Below are positions 62,847 through 64,000 of a stretch of 64,000 bases of DNA, piece by piece (within the stretch, counting starts at the first letter, position 1; each line of letters begins with the position of its first letter). The stretch covers positions 248,001 through 312,000 of the forward strand of contig CDRNVI010000029.1 of NCBI GenBank assembly GCA_977017575.1, given 5' to 3'. The notes under the pieces are model-generated. The model did not search any database. It was not told where the DNA came from and was given only the letters and a program-made list of their open reading frames with translations. The position numbers were made by a program, and so were the translations under genes. Origin of the DNA: Paramoeba atlantica (taxonomy: Eukaryota > Protista > Discosea).

Positions 62847-62891
62847 TACGTCCTCATATTTTTCGACCTAGTTTTATTTCCGTTTAACCCC

Positions 62892-63353
62892 ATGTTTGGT
62901 GTTGAAAATGATAACGAAGAGGCTTGGGAGATAGCACTTCACAACTCCTTGTCACAAACCATCAACAAGATGCGATGGGATCAATATATGATTCGTGAAA
63001 ATGTGCGCCGTACCGGAGTAGCAATGCTTCCTGCGTTTCTCGTTGATGGATGCAAATTCGAAATTACTCCAGAGGTAAAATCTCAGAAGCATACGCCGCC
63101 TTTACGTAGATTGGAAGATATCACATCTGAATCTGCACTTCAGATACGACAGTCAGCATTATTGGGGGGTGCGGTAAGCTCAATAGGTCTCGCGGGAGGT
63201 GCTCTCTATTTGGCTAAGACAAAATTGATTTTTTTCGCGTTTGCCCCGTGGATGATAGCACTTTCCTACATATCGTATACAAAGTACGAGGAAGGATCGA
63301 TGGAGCTCAAGTATCTCCGAAAACGTAGTAGTTTACGAAAAAGGTTAAAATAA
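62892..63353 (+). CDS. Hypothetical 153-aa membrane protein
   Basis: ORF on the gene strand with a hydrophobic hairpin (ALLGGAVSSIGLAGGALYL...FFAFAPWMIALSYI). Confidence 0.65.
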   Translation: MFGVENDNEEAWEIALHNSLSQTINKMRWDQYMIRENVRRTGVAMLPAFLVDGCKFEITPEVKSQKHTPPLRRLEDITSESALQIRQSALLGGAVSSIGLAGGALYLAKTKLIFFAFAPWMIALSYISYTKYEEGSMELKYLRKRSSLRKRLK

Positions 63354-63935
63354 TTTCACGGCGGTCACGACACAACTAATGAAAAGAAAGAGCAATGCTT
63401 TTTCTTTGCTAATGTTGTTTTAAACAAAACCTATAACCATATCAATGTCCGGTTCCTCCTCATAGGCCTTCCCTGAATTCAGGATATACAGCTTTCATCA
63501 TAATACCACTGTTTCTTTTCAAGGTGCCGAACTTACATACCAGGTGGAGAGCAAATGAATTTTTGAATAAAGCAATCCGAAGAATTTTTTCAAAAAATTC
63601 GCGGGTGTTTCAGCAGCTATCTCGGTAAGGATGGTTATCAGTTAAGGATGGAAAATGAAAACAATAGTTCCACAATTGCCGGTTAGAGTTTCTGTGTCAT
63701 TTTGCGTAAGTTGTGTTAAAAACAAGTGTCAATAAACGTATAGATTGGTCATAAATTTTGATGAACCATACAGAGTAGATTGGCTACACTTAATCTTTAT
63801 TGCAGTCCTGAGCTTATACCCTTACTTGCGGAGGGTATCAGTGGGACTCATGAAAGAAGACCAAAAATAATCAGCAAACTTGGTCGAGGCTGAGTGATCA
63901 AATATAAATTGGGCAAATTTGGGAAAAAAAATGCC

Positions 63936-64000
63936 CAGGAATGTCCAAGAATCCTCAGGAATGTCCAAGAATCCTCAGGAATGTCCAAGAATCCTCAGGA
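63936..64000. repeat. 20-bp tandem repeat (CAGGAATGTCCAAGAATCCT), at least 3.25 units, running off the window end
   Basis: Perfect units to the last base. Confidence 0.95.

Overview
Eukaryotic nuclear DNA with kinetoplastid-type organisation. About 27 intron-less protein genes lie head-to-tail on the + strand for the whole 64 kb, which looks like one polycistronic unit. A basal, reduced kinetoplastid such as Perkinsela is plausible, but that is an inference. Recognisable genes: SNF2 helicase (C-terminus only), INO1, rhomboid-like protein, CCDC124, IBA57/YgfZ, inositol-phosphate kinase, two beta-tubulins flanking mitoribosomal uS15m, RPC19, a large multi-zinc-knuckle protein, a small Tim, a GLEBS mini-nucleoporin, Nup98-96/Nup158, an Acl4-like TPR protein, DNA pol delta, YEATS/Yaf9, a TRIM-like protein, SMC3, SEL1L and LANCL. 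Two gene-free islands (about 12.4-18.2 kb and 59.3-62.9 kb), plus single insertions at 23.7 and 43.3 kb, hold nested non-autonomous DNA transposons: Tc1, pogo-like elements with TA TSDs and Harbinger-like elements with TTA TSDs. They also hold a CRE-type RT remnant and three copies of a U25/snR56-like C/D snoRNA. Most unusual signals: (1) a Nup98-96 whose FG domain is almost entirely WG; (2) short GC-rich islands inside five ORFs where the strand skew flips from C-rich to G-rich; (3) two long, otherwise intact genes each broken by one in-frame stop; (4) a snoRNA-bearing dispersed repeat whose two copies carry reciprocal filled and empty transposon sites 20 bp apart. All homology calls are by motif recognition only; no searches were run.
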